Assembly (NCBI GenBank): GCA_009711785.1
Contig: VENA01000016.1
Span: 476-64,475 of the forward strand
DNA from: Bacillota bacterium
Lineage (GTDB): Bacteria > Bacillota > Clostridia > Tissierellales > MES13
Direction: 5' to 3'
Length of the DNA: 64,000 nucleotides
Below, piece after piece: positions 45,225 through 53,621 of the stretch. The first letter of the stretch is position 1, and each line of letters opens with the position of its first letter. The position numbers and the translations under genes were made by a program. Below the pieces are notes generated by a model. It was not told the DNA's origin. It was given only the letters and a program-made list of their open reading frames with translations, and ran no database searches.

Positions 45225-47195
45225 TTAAGTAGTTAATTTAGGTACATCTAATATAAGTGTTACATTACCATCACCTAAAATAGTTGCTCCGATATAATAT
45301 CCAGCACCCTTTAATGAAGCACCTAAATCCTTAATAACTATTTCTTTTTCTCCTTCAATCTTATCAACCATTAAGGCAAATATTCCTTGTCCAACCTTTA
45401 AGATTACCATTACCTTTTCCTTTGTATCATCTTCTTTAATATCTAGTTTTTCATTTAATCTAATAACAGGTACTGCTTCATTATTATACATATATACTTC
45501 ATCATTATAAGACATCTTAATGTCTTCTTCTTTAACATCAATTATCTTTTCAATAAATTCAAGTGGTATAGCAAAGTTTTCATTATCAACACATACAAGT
45601 ATAGATTTAATTATTGAAAGTGTCAATGGAAGTTCTATAGTAAATGTCGAGCCCTTTCCTACTTCACTTTTAACATCTATATTACCACCAAGATTTGATA
45701 TCTTTCTTTTTACTACATCCATACCTACTCCACGGCCTGAAAGGTTTGTAACCTCTTCATTAGTTGAAAAACCTTGATTAAATATCATTCTAACTATTTG
45801 ATCATCATCTAATCCTTCAACGTCTATATTCTTTTCTATACATTTTTCTTTTATTTTATCAGGGTCTATTCCCTTACCATCATCTTCTATTTTAATTATA
45901 CCTTTATTACCCTCTTGATAGGCAATCATTTTTACAGTTCCAGCAGGGTCTTTTCCATCAGCTATTCTTTCTTCTTCGGTTTCTATACCATGGTCTATGG
46001 CATTTCTTATTAAGTGTACCATAGGATCTCCTAGTTCAGTTATAACTGTCCTATCTAGTTCTGTTTCTTGACCCTTTATTACTAACTCAACCTTTTTACC
46101 TAACTGATTAGATACATCACGAACCATACGTGGGAATCTATTAAATACTGTATCTATAGGTACCATTCTCATTTGTAAAACTAAGTCTTGTAAATTAGTA
46201 GTTATCCTATTAACTTGTTCTAATGTTTCATTTAAATCATTTATTTTATAAGCACTACTTATATCTTCTATTCTAGTTCTATGAATAACTAATTCTGAAA
46301 CTAAGTTCATAAAGTTATCTAATTTATCTAAACTTACCCTTATAGACTGATTAATTTTAACTTTATCTGAGACTTGTTTTTCATTTTTCTTTTTAGGCTT
46401 TTTCTTACCCTTATTTTTCTTTTTATTATCTGTTTTAACGTTTTTAGGTTTATCTTTTACTTTTATTTGTTCAACTGAAACCTTCTCTATTTCAGATATT
46501 TTATCTATTAAACTCTCTACCTCTTCTGTATCTAATTTAGAGACATAGAAAAGTTCAATATCATAATCAAATTCCTCATCTTCAATTTCTTCAATTGAAG
46601 GTATAGATTTTATTATTTCACCGTTTTCTTCTAATCTTTTTATAATCATATATGCCCTTGCTGATTTTATTAAACAACTTGAGGCTATAGTTATATCAAT
46701 TTTATATGTATTATAATCCATGCCCTTTGCCCTTTGGGCTACGCTAAGTTCATATTGATCTAAAACTTCAGTGGCAGCTACTTCATCTTCTACTTTTTTA
46801 GAAACGTCTTCTTTTTTCTCTACATTACCTTCAGCTATTTTATCTAGCTTGTCCATTAAAGAATCATTTCTAAAGTCTCCTTCACCTTCAATGATATTAT
46901 CTACCATATCAGATAATGTATCTAGACATTCAAATAACATATCTACTGTATCTGAATTAACTTTTAACTGTTCACTTCTAAATAATTCTAAGATGTTTTC
47001 CATTCTATGGGTTAACTCTTCCATATTAGGAAATCCCATAGTTCCAGACATCCCCTTTAAGGTATGAGCAACTCTAAAAATTTCATTCATAGTGTCTATA
47101 TCTTCTGGGTCTTGTTCTACTTTTAATATTTCATCATTAAGCTTTTGTAAATTTTCTTTAGATTCTTCTATAAACAAAGTTAAATATTTTTCCAT
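45225..47195 (-). CDS. cheA: chemotaxis histidine kinase CheA
   Basis: HPt motif RVAHTLKGMSGTMGF, an HATPase domain (DDGKGID, GRGVGMDVV) and a C-terminal CheW-like domain. Confidence 0.95.
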   Translation of the reverse strand: MEKYLTLFIEESKENLQKLNDEILKVEQDPEDIDTMNEIFRVAHTLKGMSGTMGFPNMEELTHRMENILELFRSEQLKVNSDTVDMLFECLDTLSDMVDNIIEGEGDFRNDSLMDKLDKIAEGNVEKKEDVSKKVEDEVAATEVLDQYELSVAQRAKGMDYNTYKIDITIASSCLIKSARAYMIIKRLEENGEIIKSIPSIEEIEDEEFDYDIELFYVSKLDTEEVESLIDKISEIEKVSVEQIKVKDKPKNVKTDNKKKNKGKKKPKKKNEKQVSDKVKINQSIRVSLDKLDNFMNLVSELVIHRTRIEDISSAYKINDLNETLEQVNRITTNLQDLVLQMRMVPIDTVFNRFPRMVRDVSNQLGKKVELVIKGQETELDRTVITELGDPMVHLIRNAIDHGIETEEERIADGKDPAGTVKMIAYQEGNKGIIKIEDDGKGIDPDKIKEKCIEKNIDVEGLDDDQIVRMIFNQGFSTNEEVTNLSGRGVGMDVVKRKISNLGGNIDVKSEVGKGSTFTIELPLTLSIIKSILVCVDNENFAIPLEFIEKIIDVKEEDIKMSYNDEVYMYNNEAVPVIRLNEKLDIKEDDTKEKVMVILKVGQGIFALMVDKIEGEKEIVIKDLGASLKGAGYYIGATILGDGNVTLILDVPKLTT

Positions 47196-47219
47196 AACAC
47201 TACCTCCACCCCCATCTAT

Positions 47220-48002
47220 TTACTTCTTACGATATAGAAAAGCATTAATTTTTTCAAAGTTTAATTCTCTATAGTTAATTATATTCTCAGTAGCACCTAC
47301 AAACAATAAACCACCGGGTACTAAAGCATCATAAAACTTTTTATATATTTTATTTTTCGTTTCCATTTTAAAATATATAAGTACATTTCTACATACTATA
47401 AGATGGAAATTATTTTCGTATCTATCTAATATTAAATCATGTTTTTTAAAGGTAACTTTTCTTTTAATATCATTATCTAAATGATATTTGCTACCCTTTT
47501 TTAAAAAGTATTTATCAATATCCTTATTATCTAAATTTTTTATTTCATTTTTAGAATACACACCTTCTTTAGCCCTATTTATTATACTATTATCTATATC
47601 TGTTGCTAGTATATAATCCTTATTTTTTCTATTTAATCTATCAAGTATAATACTTATAGAATAGGGTTCTGCTCCTATTGAACAGGCTGCACTCCAAATA
47701 TTTAATTTATTATATTTAGGTATCAATATATCTTCTATCTTTTTTTCAAGTTCATCAAACATAGCTTTATTTCTAAAAAATTCTGATACATTTATCGTTA
47801 TATAATCTAAAAATTTAAGTCTTTCTTTTGGGTTATTACTTATCATTTTAGAATATTCCCTTAAATTATTAGCTCCACTTCTATTCATAACAGAGAGTAT
47901 CCTTCTATGAAGTTGCTTAGAATTATAAGCTGTTAAATCAATATTTAGGTTTTCAAAAACCCATTTTTCAAAAAAATCAAAATCATTATTCAAACTTATC
48001 AC
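47220..48002 (-). CDS. cheR: chemotaxis protein methyltransferase CheR
   Basis: ITINVSEFFRN and IWSAACSIGAEPYS motifs. Confidence 0.9.
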   Translation of the reverse strand: MISLNNDFDFFEKWVFENLNIDLTAYNSKQLHRRILSVMNRSGANNLREYSKMISNNPKERLKFLDYITINVSEFFRNKAMFDELEKKIEDILIPKYNKLNIWSAACSIGAEPYSISIILDRLNRKNKDYILATDIDNSIINRAKEGVYSKNEIKNLDNKDIDKYFLKKGSKYHLDNDIKRKVTFKKHDLILDRYENNFHLIVCRNVLIYFKMETKNKIYKKFYDALVPGGLLFVGATENIINYRELNFEKINAFLYRKK

Positions 48003-48030
48003 CTTCTATAACTTTGTCTATTAGTAAAAC

Positions 48031-48519
48031 CTAAATATTTTTAATACCTTTACCTATTTGTTTAATAGAAACCTCAAATTTCTCCAAATCCACAATCATC
48101 GTTCTTCCTAATGTTCCCCCTACATCTTCAGCTTTTATAGGTATTTTCATATCCTTTAGTATTTCCTTTACTGCTTCTATATTTCTTTGTCCAATATTTA
48201 ATTTAGGGTTTTTATCTGAAAATTGGAACATGCTTGCTCCTCCTGCTATTTTTGCCACTAGCCTATTTTTTCTAGCACCATTTTTAACTAGCTTTTCTAT
48301 CATTTCAGGCAGTGCCAAATCAGCATACTTTGCAACCTTATTAACCTTTCTATATTGAGAGCTATAAGGAAGCATAATATGGGATAAACCTCCCACTTCA
48401 CTTTTTTTATCATATACTGCTATGCCAACACAGGAGCCCAAACCAAGAGTAATGAGATTGTTTGGAGACTTAGTTATTTTATAATCAGCTATACCAACCT
48501 TTATATCCTCTTTCATCAT
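48031..48519 (-). CDS. cheD: chemoreceptor glutamine deamidase CheD
   Basis: 162 aa. LGSCVGIAVYD and GLSHIMLP motifs are typical of CheD. Confidence 0.9.
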   Translation of the reverse strand: MMKEDIKVGIADYKITKSPNNLITLGLGSCVGIAVYDKKSEVGGLSHIMLPYSSQYRKVNKVAKYADLALPEMIEKLVKNGARKNRLVAKIAGGASMFQFSDKNPKLNIGQRNIEAVKEILKDMKIPIKAEDVGGTLGRTMIVDLEKFEVSIKQIGKGIKNI

Positions 48520-48534
48520 TTCCTCCTGATTTTT

Positions 48535-48999
48535 TTATGAATCTTTTATAACACCCTTTAGCTCTTCTTTTTGTGAGCTTGAAAATATTTTATTAGGATT
48601 TAAATAAATAATTATGTCTTCTTCCTCTTTTATAAAACCCTTTAAGTATTCCTTTTTTATTTCAGTATTTACTGAATCTTTTTTATGTATTTTGTCTTCT
48701 TCTATATCCTTAATTTCTAATACATCATCAACCATAAGACCTAATCTATGATCTTCCCATATAATAACAACTATTTTATTATCTCCTGTATCTAAATAAC
48801 CTTCTTTATAAAGTCTTTTATTTAAATCTATTACTGGTAATATTGACTCTTCATAAGACATAATGCCTATAATATGTTCTGATGTTTCTGGTAATGCCTT
48901 TGGCTTTGTATATTCTAAAATTCTTTCAACATTATAAACATCGATAGCATATTTTCTATCCTGAGTTTTTAATATAACAACTTTATTATGTTTTTGCAT
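48535..48999 (-). CDS. cheW: chemotaxis coupling protein CheW (second copy, first gene of the operon)
   Basis: 154-aa CheW-like domain (KYAIDVYNVERILEY...). Confidence 0.8.
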   Translation of the reverse strand: MQKHNKVVILKTQDRKYAIDVYNVERILEYTKPKALPETSEHIIGIMSYEESILPVIDLNKRLYKEGYLDTGDNKIVVIIWEDHRLGLMVDDVLEIKDIEEDKIHKKDSVNTEIKKEYLKGFIKEEEDIIIYLNPNKIFSSSQKEELKGVIKDS

Positions 49000-49028
49000 A
49001 GTGACACCCCCTATTATCTTTATATATT

Positions 49029-49061
49029 AAAAAAACATAGCAGATTTCCATAAATGCTATG
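49029..49061 (-). terminator. intrinsic terminator forming the expression platform of the c-di-GMP riboswitch
   Basis: CATAGCA-N12-TGCTATG followed by TTTTTTT on the minus strand, about 30 nt upstream of the cheW SD and ATG. Confidence 0.7.
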
Positions 49062-49160
49062 GTAATCATTACAGCAACCAGGCTATCATAGTATAAATAC
49101 CTTAGACCCTAGGCTTTGCGTCCTAACTTTTCAATTAGTTTGCTTATTAAATTGGACCTT
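49060..49160 (-). promoter_or_regulatory. c-di-GMP-I (GEMM-I) riboswitch aptamer
   Basis: Minus-strand RNA: GGUCCAAUUUAAUAAGCAAAC-UAAUU-GAAA-AGUUA-GGACGCAAAGCC-UAGGGUCUAAG-GUAUUUAUAC-UAUGAUAGCC-UGGUUGCUGUAAUGAUUACC. It contains the GEMM-I cores GCAAAC and GGACGCAAAGCC, a GAAA tetraloop, and a tetraloop-receptor-like UCUAAG/UAUGA pair. Confidence 0.8.
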
Positions 49161-49181
49161 TAAAATAAGTAATCTTCTATT

Positions 49182-49209
49182 AATATATATTTTCTACATT
49201 TTTAGTCAA
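49182..49209 (-). promoter_or_regulatory. sigma-A-type promoter TTGACT-N16-TATATT for the riboswitch/che operon
   Basis: Read on the minus strand about 20 nt upstream of the first aptamer helix. Confidence 0.5.
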
Positions 49210-49502
49210 AATCCTTCAAAAAATACTAAGAATTAAGGCTACATAATACTATAATCGTCTTTCTTTTATAAATCTTTAGGGTTATATAGCATTTTCTTAA
49301 TATTAACAAAGATTATTATAGCATTTATTAAACTTAAAAGAAATACTATTAACAAATGTTAACAGTATTTTCAATAAAATAATACCCTTTGATATTAACC
49401 TAAATCAAATTTTTAATATTTACTCTCCTTTATTTAAGTTCACCCATTACTAATTTTACTAAATCTTTGTTAACTTAAAGAAAATTTTAAGTAAAATTTA
49501 AA

Positions 49503-49528
49503 TAAAAAAGATAGGGAATCCCCTATCT
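49503..49528 (-). terminator. Rho-independent terminator of argH
   Basis: AGATAGGGGA-TTCCCTATCT followed by TTTTTATT on the minus strand. It overlaps the argH stop codon. Confidence 0.8.
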
Positions 49529-50844
49529 TAAAGCATATCTTTTTTTATTCCCTTTTTTAAAACATTTTCATAATCTATAAAATCATATAAATCTTTCTCA
49601 AAATATGAACTTATATTTTTAAGGTCATCAAGTTTTAAATCTTCTATTGTACTATCTTTTTCTTCACAATATAAAACTACTTCTCCTACTATCTTGTGGG
49701 CATCTCTAAATGCTACACCTTTATTTACAAGATAATCAGCAACTTCAGTTGCATTTAAAAATCCCTTCTTAACTCCCTTTTTCATATTTTCTTTATTTAC
49801 CTTTAAAGTTTTAATCATTTTATCCATTATTTCTATACAGGGTATTACAGTATCTAATGCATTAAAAAAGTGAATTTTATCCTCTTGCATATCTTTATTA
49901 TAAGCAAGGGGCAATCCCTTCATAACTGTCAGTAATGAAAAAAGGTTGCCATATACACTACCAGTTTTACCCCTAATTAACTCAGCTGCATCTGGGTTTT
50001 TCTTTTGAGGCATTATACTACTACCGGTTGAGTATGAATCATCAATTGTTATAAAGTTAAACTCTTGACTACTCCATAATATTAACTCTTCACATAATCT
50101 AGATAAATGCATCATCATTATAGAGAATGAAGAAGTTATCTCTATTAAATAATCTCTATCACTTACACCATCTAAAAAGTTATCTACACTTTTTTTAAAT
50201 CCTAACTCTTTAGTTGTAATATCTCTATCTATATCATAGGTAGTTCCTGCTAAAGCACAACATCCTAAAGGATTTTCATCTAGGATTTCTAAAGCATTTA
50301 AAAGCCTTTTTTTATCCCTTAAAAACATATTATAATATGCTAAAAGATGATGTTTAAATGTTACAACCTGAGCTCTTTGTAGATGGGTATACCCTGGCAT
50401 AATATATTTATTTTTATCAGCTACATCCTTGATGGTTTTTAAAATACTTTCAATACTTTTTACAACAAGTTTTGTTTTTTCCTTAGTAAAAAGTTTCATA
50501 TCTAATGCTACTTGATCGTTTCTACTTCTTGAAGTATGAAGTTTCTTTCCGACTTTCCCTATTTTTTCTATTAGTTTAGCCTCTATAAAACTATGAATAT
50601 CTTCATAATTACCTTCAATTTTTAGTTTATCATTTTCTATATCCTTTAATATTTCCTTTAATCCATCAACAAGTAAGACTTTTTCATCTTCTTTAATGAT
50701 ATTTTTTTCCCCTAGCATATTAACATGGGCTATACTTCCTAAAATATCATACTTATATAATCTCTTATCAAAATGTAGAGAACTATTAAAGTCTTCCATT
50801 TGCTTATCTTCTTCCTTTTTAAATCTTCCACCCCATAACTTCAT
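49528..50844 (-). CDS. argH: argininosuccinate lyase
   Basis: MKLWGGRF start, fumarate-lyase signature GSSIMPQKKNPD, 438 aa. Confidence 0.95.
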   Translation of the reverse strand: MKLWGGRFKKEEDKQMEDFNSSLHFDKRLYKYDILGSIAHVNMLGEKNIIKEDEKVLLVDGLKEILKDIENDKLKIEGNYEDIHSFIEAKLIEKIGKVGKKLHTSRSRNDQVALDMKLFTKEKTKLVVKSIESILKTIKDVADKNKYIMPGYTHLQRAQVVTFKHHLLAYYNMFLRDKKRLLNALEILDENPLGCCALAGTTYDIDRDITTKELGFKKSVDNFLDGVSDRDYLIEITSSFSIMMMHLSRLCEELILWSSQEFNFITIDDSYSTGSSIMPQKKNPDAAELIRGKTGSVYGNLFSLLTVMKGLPLAYNKDMQEDKIHFFNALDTVIPCIEIMDKMIKTLKVNKENMKKGVKKGFLNATEVADYLVNKGVAFRDAHKIVGEVVLYCEEKDSTIEDLKLDDLKNISSYFEKDLYDFIDYENVLKKGIKKDML

Positions 50845-50855
50845 TTAATACCCTC

Positions 50856-52055
50856 CTATTTCTTTTTCATCATTGCATTAATCTTTAAGGGTAAATTATA
50901 GATATTTATAAACCCTTCAGCATCGGATTGATTGTAAAATTCACTATCTCCAAAGGAAGATATACTCTCTTCATATAATTTATTAGGTGAATCCATCCCT
51001 GCTATCATTATATTACCCTTATATAGTTTTAATTTTACCCATCCTGTAACATTTTTTTGCGTCTCTTCTATGAAACTATCTAAGGATGCTCTTAAAGTAG
51101 TATGCCACTTTCCATTATAAACTAATTCAGCATATTTAAGTGATATTCCCTGCTTGTATTGAAATGTTTCTTTATCTAGGGTTAATCTTTCTAATTCCTT
51201 ATGGGCTTCTAATAATATTGTTCCCCCAGGAGTTTCATATACTCCTCTAGATTTCATTCCTACTAATCTATTTTCTAATATATCTATTATACCCACTGCA
51301 TTCTCTCCAGCTATTAAGTTAGCCTTTTTTAATAAATCAACTCCATTTAATTCTTCATCATTTATTTTTTTAGGAATACCTTCTTCAAAATGTATCTTTA
51401 CATAAGTTGGCTCATCTTTAGCCTCTTCTAATGTTTTTGTCATTTGGTATAAAACATCTGGCTTATGCTCATTTTTAGGATCTTCTAAATCTCCACCTTC
51501 ATGACTTACATGTAGAAGGTTTTTATCCCTTGAATATATTTTTTCCTTTGTAACAGGAACCTCTATACCATTTTTATTTGCATAATCTATAGCATCTTCT
51601 CTTGATTTAATATCCCACATTCTCCATGGTGCTATAACTTTAATTTTTGGATCTAAAGCTGCTATGGCACTTTCAAATCTTACTTGGTCATTTCCCTTAC
51701 CAGTACACCCATGCACAATATACTCTGCATTTTCTTTATGGGCTAATTCAACAAGCTTTTCACCAATTATAGGTCTTGCTAGGGGTGTTCCTAATAAATA
51801 TTTATCTTCATATACTGCATTTGCTTTGATTGCTTTAAAAACATAATTTTCAACGAATTCATCTTCTACATTAACCACATATGCCTTTGATGCGCCTGAT
51901 TTAATTGCCTTTTCTTCTACCTTATCTAATTCATCATCTTGTCCTACATTTATACAAGCTGCTATTATATCAAAATCAAATTTTTCTTTAACCCAAGGGA
52001 TTATGATAGATGTATCTAATCCCCCGGAGTATGCTAATATTACCTTTGGTTTCAT
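50856..52055 (-). CDS. argG: argininosuccinate synthase
   Basis: [12 protein letters not shown]-binding motif and [13 protein letters not shown], 399 aa. Confidence 0.95.
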   Translation of the reverse strand: MKPKVILAYSGGLDTSIIIPWVKEKFDFDIIAACINVGQDDELDKVEEKAIKSGASKAYVVNVEDEFVENYVFKAIKANAVYEDKYLLGTPLARPIIGEKLVELAHKENAEYIVHGCTGKGNDQVRFESAIAALDPKIKVIAPWRMWDIKSREDAIDYANKNGIEVPVTKEKIYSRDKNLLHVSHEGGDLEDPKNEHKPDVLYQMTKTLEEAKDEPTYVKIHFEEGIPKKINDEELNGVDLLKKANLIAGENAVGIIDILENRLVGMKSRGVYETPGGTILLEAHKELERLTLDKETFQYKQGISLKYAELVYNGKWHTTLRASLDSFIEETQKNVTGWVKLKLYKGNIMIAGMDSPNKLYEESISSFGDSEFYNQSDAEGFINIYNLPLKINAMMKKK

Positions 52056-52068
52056 TTCTATATCCTCC

Positions 52069-52875
52069 TTAGTTATTCATTTCAGTAGCTTTAGTTACAA
52101 ATTCAGCAATTTTTCCGTTTTCTTTTAATTTATCTAAAGTTTCGTTTACAGCTTTTACTAAAGATTCATTACCCTTTTTAATAGCAACGGCTGAACCACT
52201 ATCTCCAGTATTTAAAGCTATATCTGAAAGTACTATACTATCATTTTTCTTTGCATAGGATTCAGCAACGGGTTTTTCTGCTATCACTGCATCTATCTTT
52301 TTCTGCATAACCTGTAGCATTATATCTGATATCTTACCAAGTCCTACTATTTTAGCCTCTTTAAAGTTTTCTTTAGCTATCTTTTCTTGAGTTGTTCCCT
52401 TTTGTACACCGATTTTTTTATCATTTAAATCATTCTTTGTTTTAATCTCATCAGCTTTTTCCTTACTTACTACAACACCTTGTTTTGCTGTATAATATAC
52501 CTTTGAAAAATCAACACTTTTCTTTCTATCCTCTGTTGGAGTCATACCTGCTATAACAATATCTATTTTCTTTGCATTTAGTGCTGCTAATAATCCTGCA
52601 AACTGCATATCCTTAATTTCAAGTTCCACACCAAGATCATTTGCTATCTCCTTAGCTATATCAATATCAAAACCAACAATAGTATCTTTACCATCTATTT
52701 CTTTATGGAATTCATATGGTGGATATGCTGCACTTGTTCCTATAACTAACTTACCCTTTTTCTTAATCTTTTCTACTTTAGTTAATTCTTTTTCTTCCCC
52801 ATTTTGACAAGCTACCATTGTAAATACTAAACATGTTATTAAAATTATCGATAATACCTTTTTCACATTAACCAC
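52069..52875 (-). CDS. amino-acid ABC transporter substrate-binding lipoprotein (family 3 SBP; polar/basic amino-acid type)
   Basis: Lipobox FTMVAC, then the typical [14 protein letters not shown]...[11 protein letters not shown] fold motif. The probable start is the GTG at 52866 or 52875, after GGGAGA. Confidence 0.85.
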   Translation of the reverse strand: MVNVKKVLSIILITCLVFTMVACQNGEEKELTKVEKIKKKGKLVIGTSAAYPPYEFHKEIDGKDTIVGFDIDIAKEIANDLGVELEIKDMQFAGLLAALNAKKIDIVIAGMTPTEDRKKSVDFSKVYYTAKQGVVVSKEKADEIKTKNDLNDKKIGVQKGTTQEKIAKENFKEAKIVGLGKISDIMLQVMQKKIDAVIAEKPVAESYAKKNDSIVLSDIALNTGDSGSAVAIKKGNESLVKAVNETLDKLKENGKIAEFVTKATEMNN

Positions 52876-52982
52876 TCTCCCTTTAAATTTTTTATATTTT
52901 TTAACATATTAATCAATTAAAACACTAAAGCGCGATTGTATATAATCACCACCTTTTTTACTTTTTCCCATATAGGGTAATA

Positions 52983-53205
52983 AAAAACGCCCCTTATATC
53001 TAAGAGACGAATAATATCCGCGTTACCACTCTAGTTAAAGCAATACTTTGCTTTCACTTAATTCATTAACGGCTGATACCGGATTCTTTTACTTATTTTC
53101 AAAGAATCTCTTCATGGACTCTTTTCATTATAGTCTTTGTTACTAGACTCACACCAACTCTAGCTCGCTTTAACTCATTCTATAACTACTCTTCCAATCG
53201 AAAGA
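52983..53205 (-). promoter_or_regulatory. T-box riboswitch leader, promoter-distal copy (2 of 2)
   Basis: The minus strand has Stem I elements (AGCGAGCTAGAGTTGGTGTGAGTCTAGT with AG bulge and distal-loop GGTG), the T-box sequence AACTAGAGTGGTAACGCGG (53018-53036), and the terminator CGTCTCTTAGATATAAGGGGCG plus a T-run. The candidate specifier AGA is at 53120-53122. Confidence 0.8.
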
Positions 53206-53226
53206 TTTGTTTATTAAATTGTATAA

Positions 53227-53450
53227 AAAAAACGTCCCCTATAAAAGAGACGAATAATATCCGCGTTACCACTCTAGTTAAAGCGATACTTTGCTTTCAC
53301 TCAATCCATTAACGGCTGATACCGGGTTCTCATACTTATACTTTCAAAGAACCTCTTCATGGACTCTCTTCATCATAGACTTTGTACTAGACTCACACCA
53401 ACTCTAGCTCGCTTTAACTCATTCTATAATTACTCTTCCAATCACTAGAT
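53227..53450 (-). promoter_or_regulatory. T-box riboswitch leader, promoter-proximal copy (1 of 2)
   Basis: Near-identical to copy 2. T-box AACTAGAGTGGTAACGCGG (53261-53279), terminator CGTCTCTTTTATAGGGGACG plus T8, candidate specifier AGA at 53365-53367. Confidence 0.8.
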
Positions 53451-53492
53451 TTTTTAATGTTTATTCAATATGTTTTATATTTATTAATTAAT

Positions 53493-53521
53493 AGTATATA
53501 GGTTTAGCCAGGTAAAGTCAA
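53493..53521 (-). promoter_or_regulatory. sigma-A-type promoter TTGACT-N17-TATACT upstream of the tandem T-boxes
   Basis: Read on the minus strand about 40 nt upstream of the first Stem I. Confidence 0.5.
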
Positions 53522-53621
53522 GAAGAAATTTTTGTATTTATAAATATTTTTACTCATTAATAAATTTACATATAAAAAAAGCACCAACTAAAAGAGTCAG
53601 TACCAATAATTTAAATATCAC

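Noticed and set aside
41655-48999. Absence of cheB, cheV and MCP genes from the che operon considered as a finding
   Set aside because: Absence from a 64-kb window says nothing about the rest of the genome. CheC/CheD-type adaptation systems commonly have receptors and CheB encoded elsewhere.
52983-53450. The pair of roughly 225-bp direct repeats considered as a MITE/REP-type mobile repeat
   Set aside because: Each copy contains a complete set of T-box leader elements (Stem I motifs, T-box sequence, terminator) in the right orientation for the downstream operon. Tandem riboswitch duplication explains them better.
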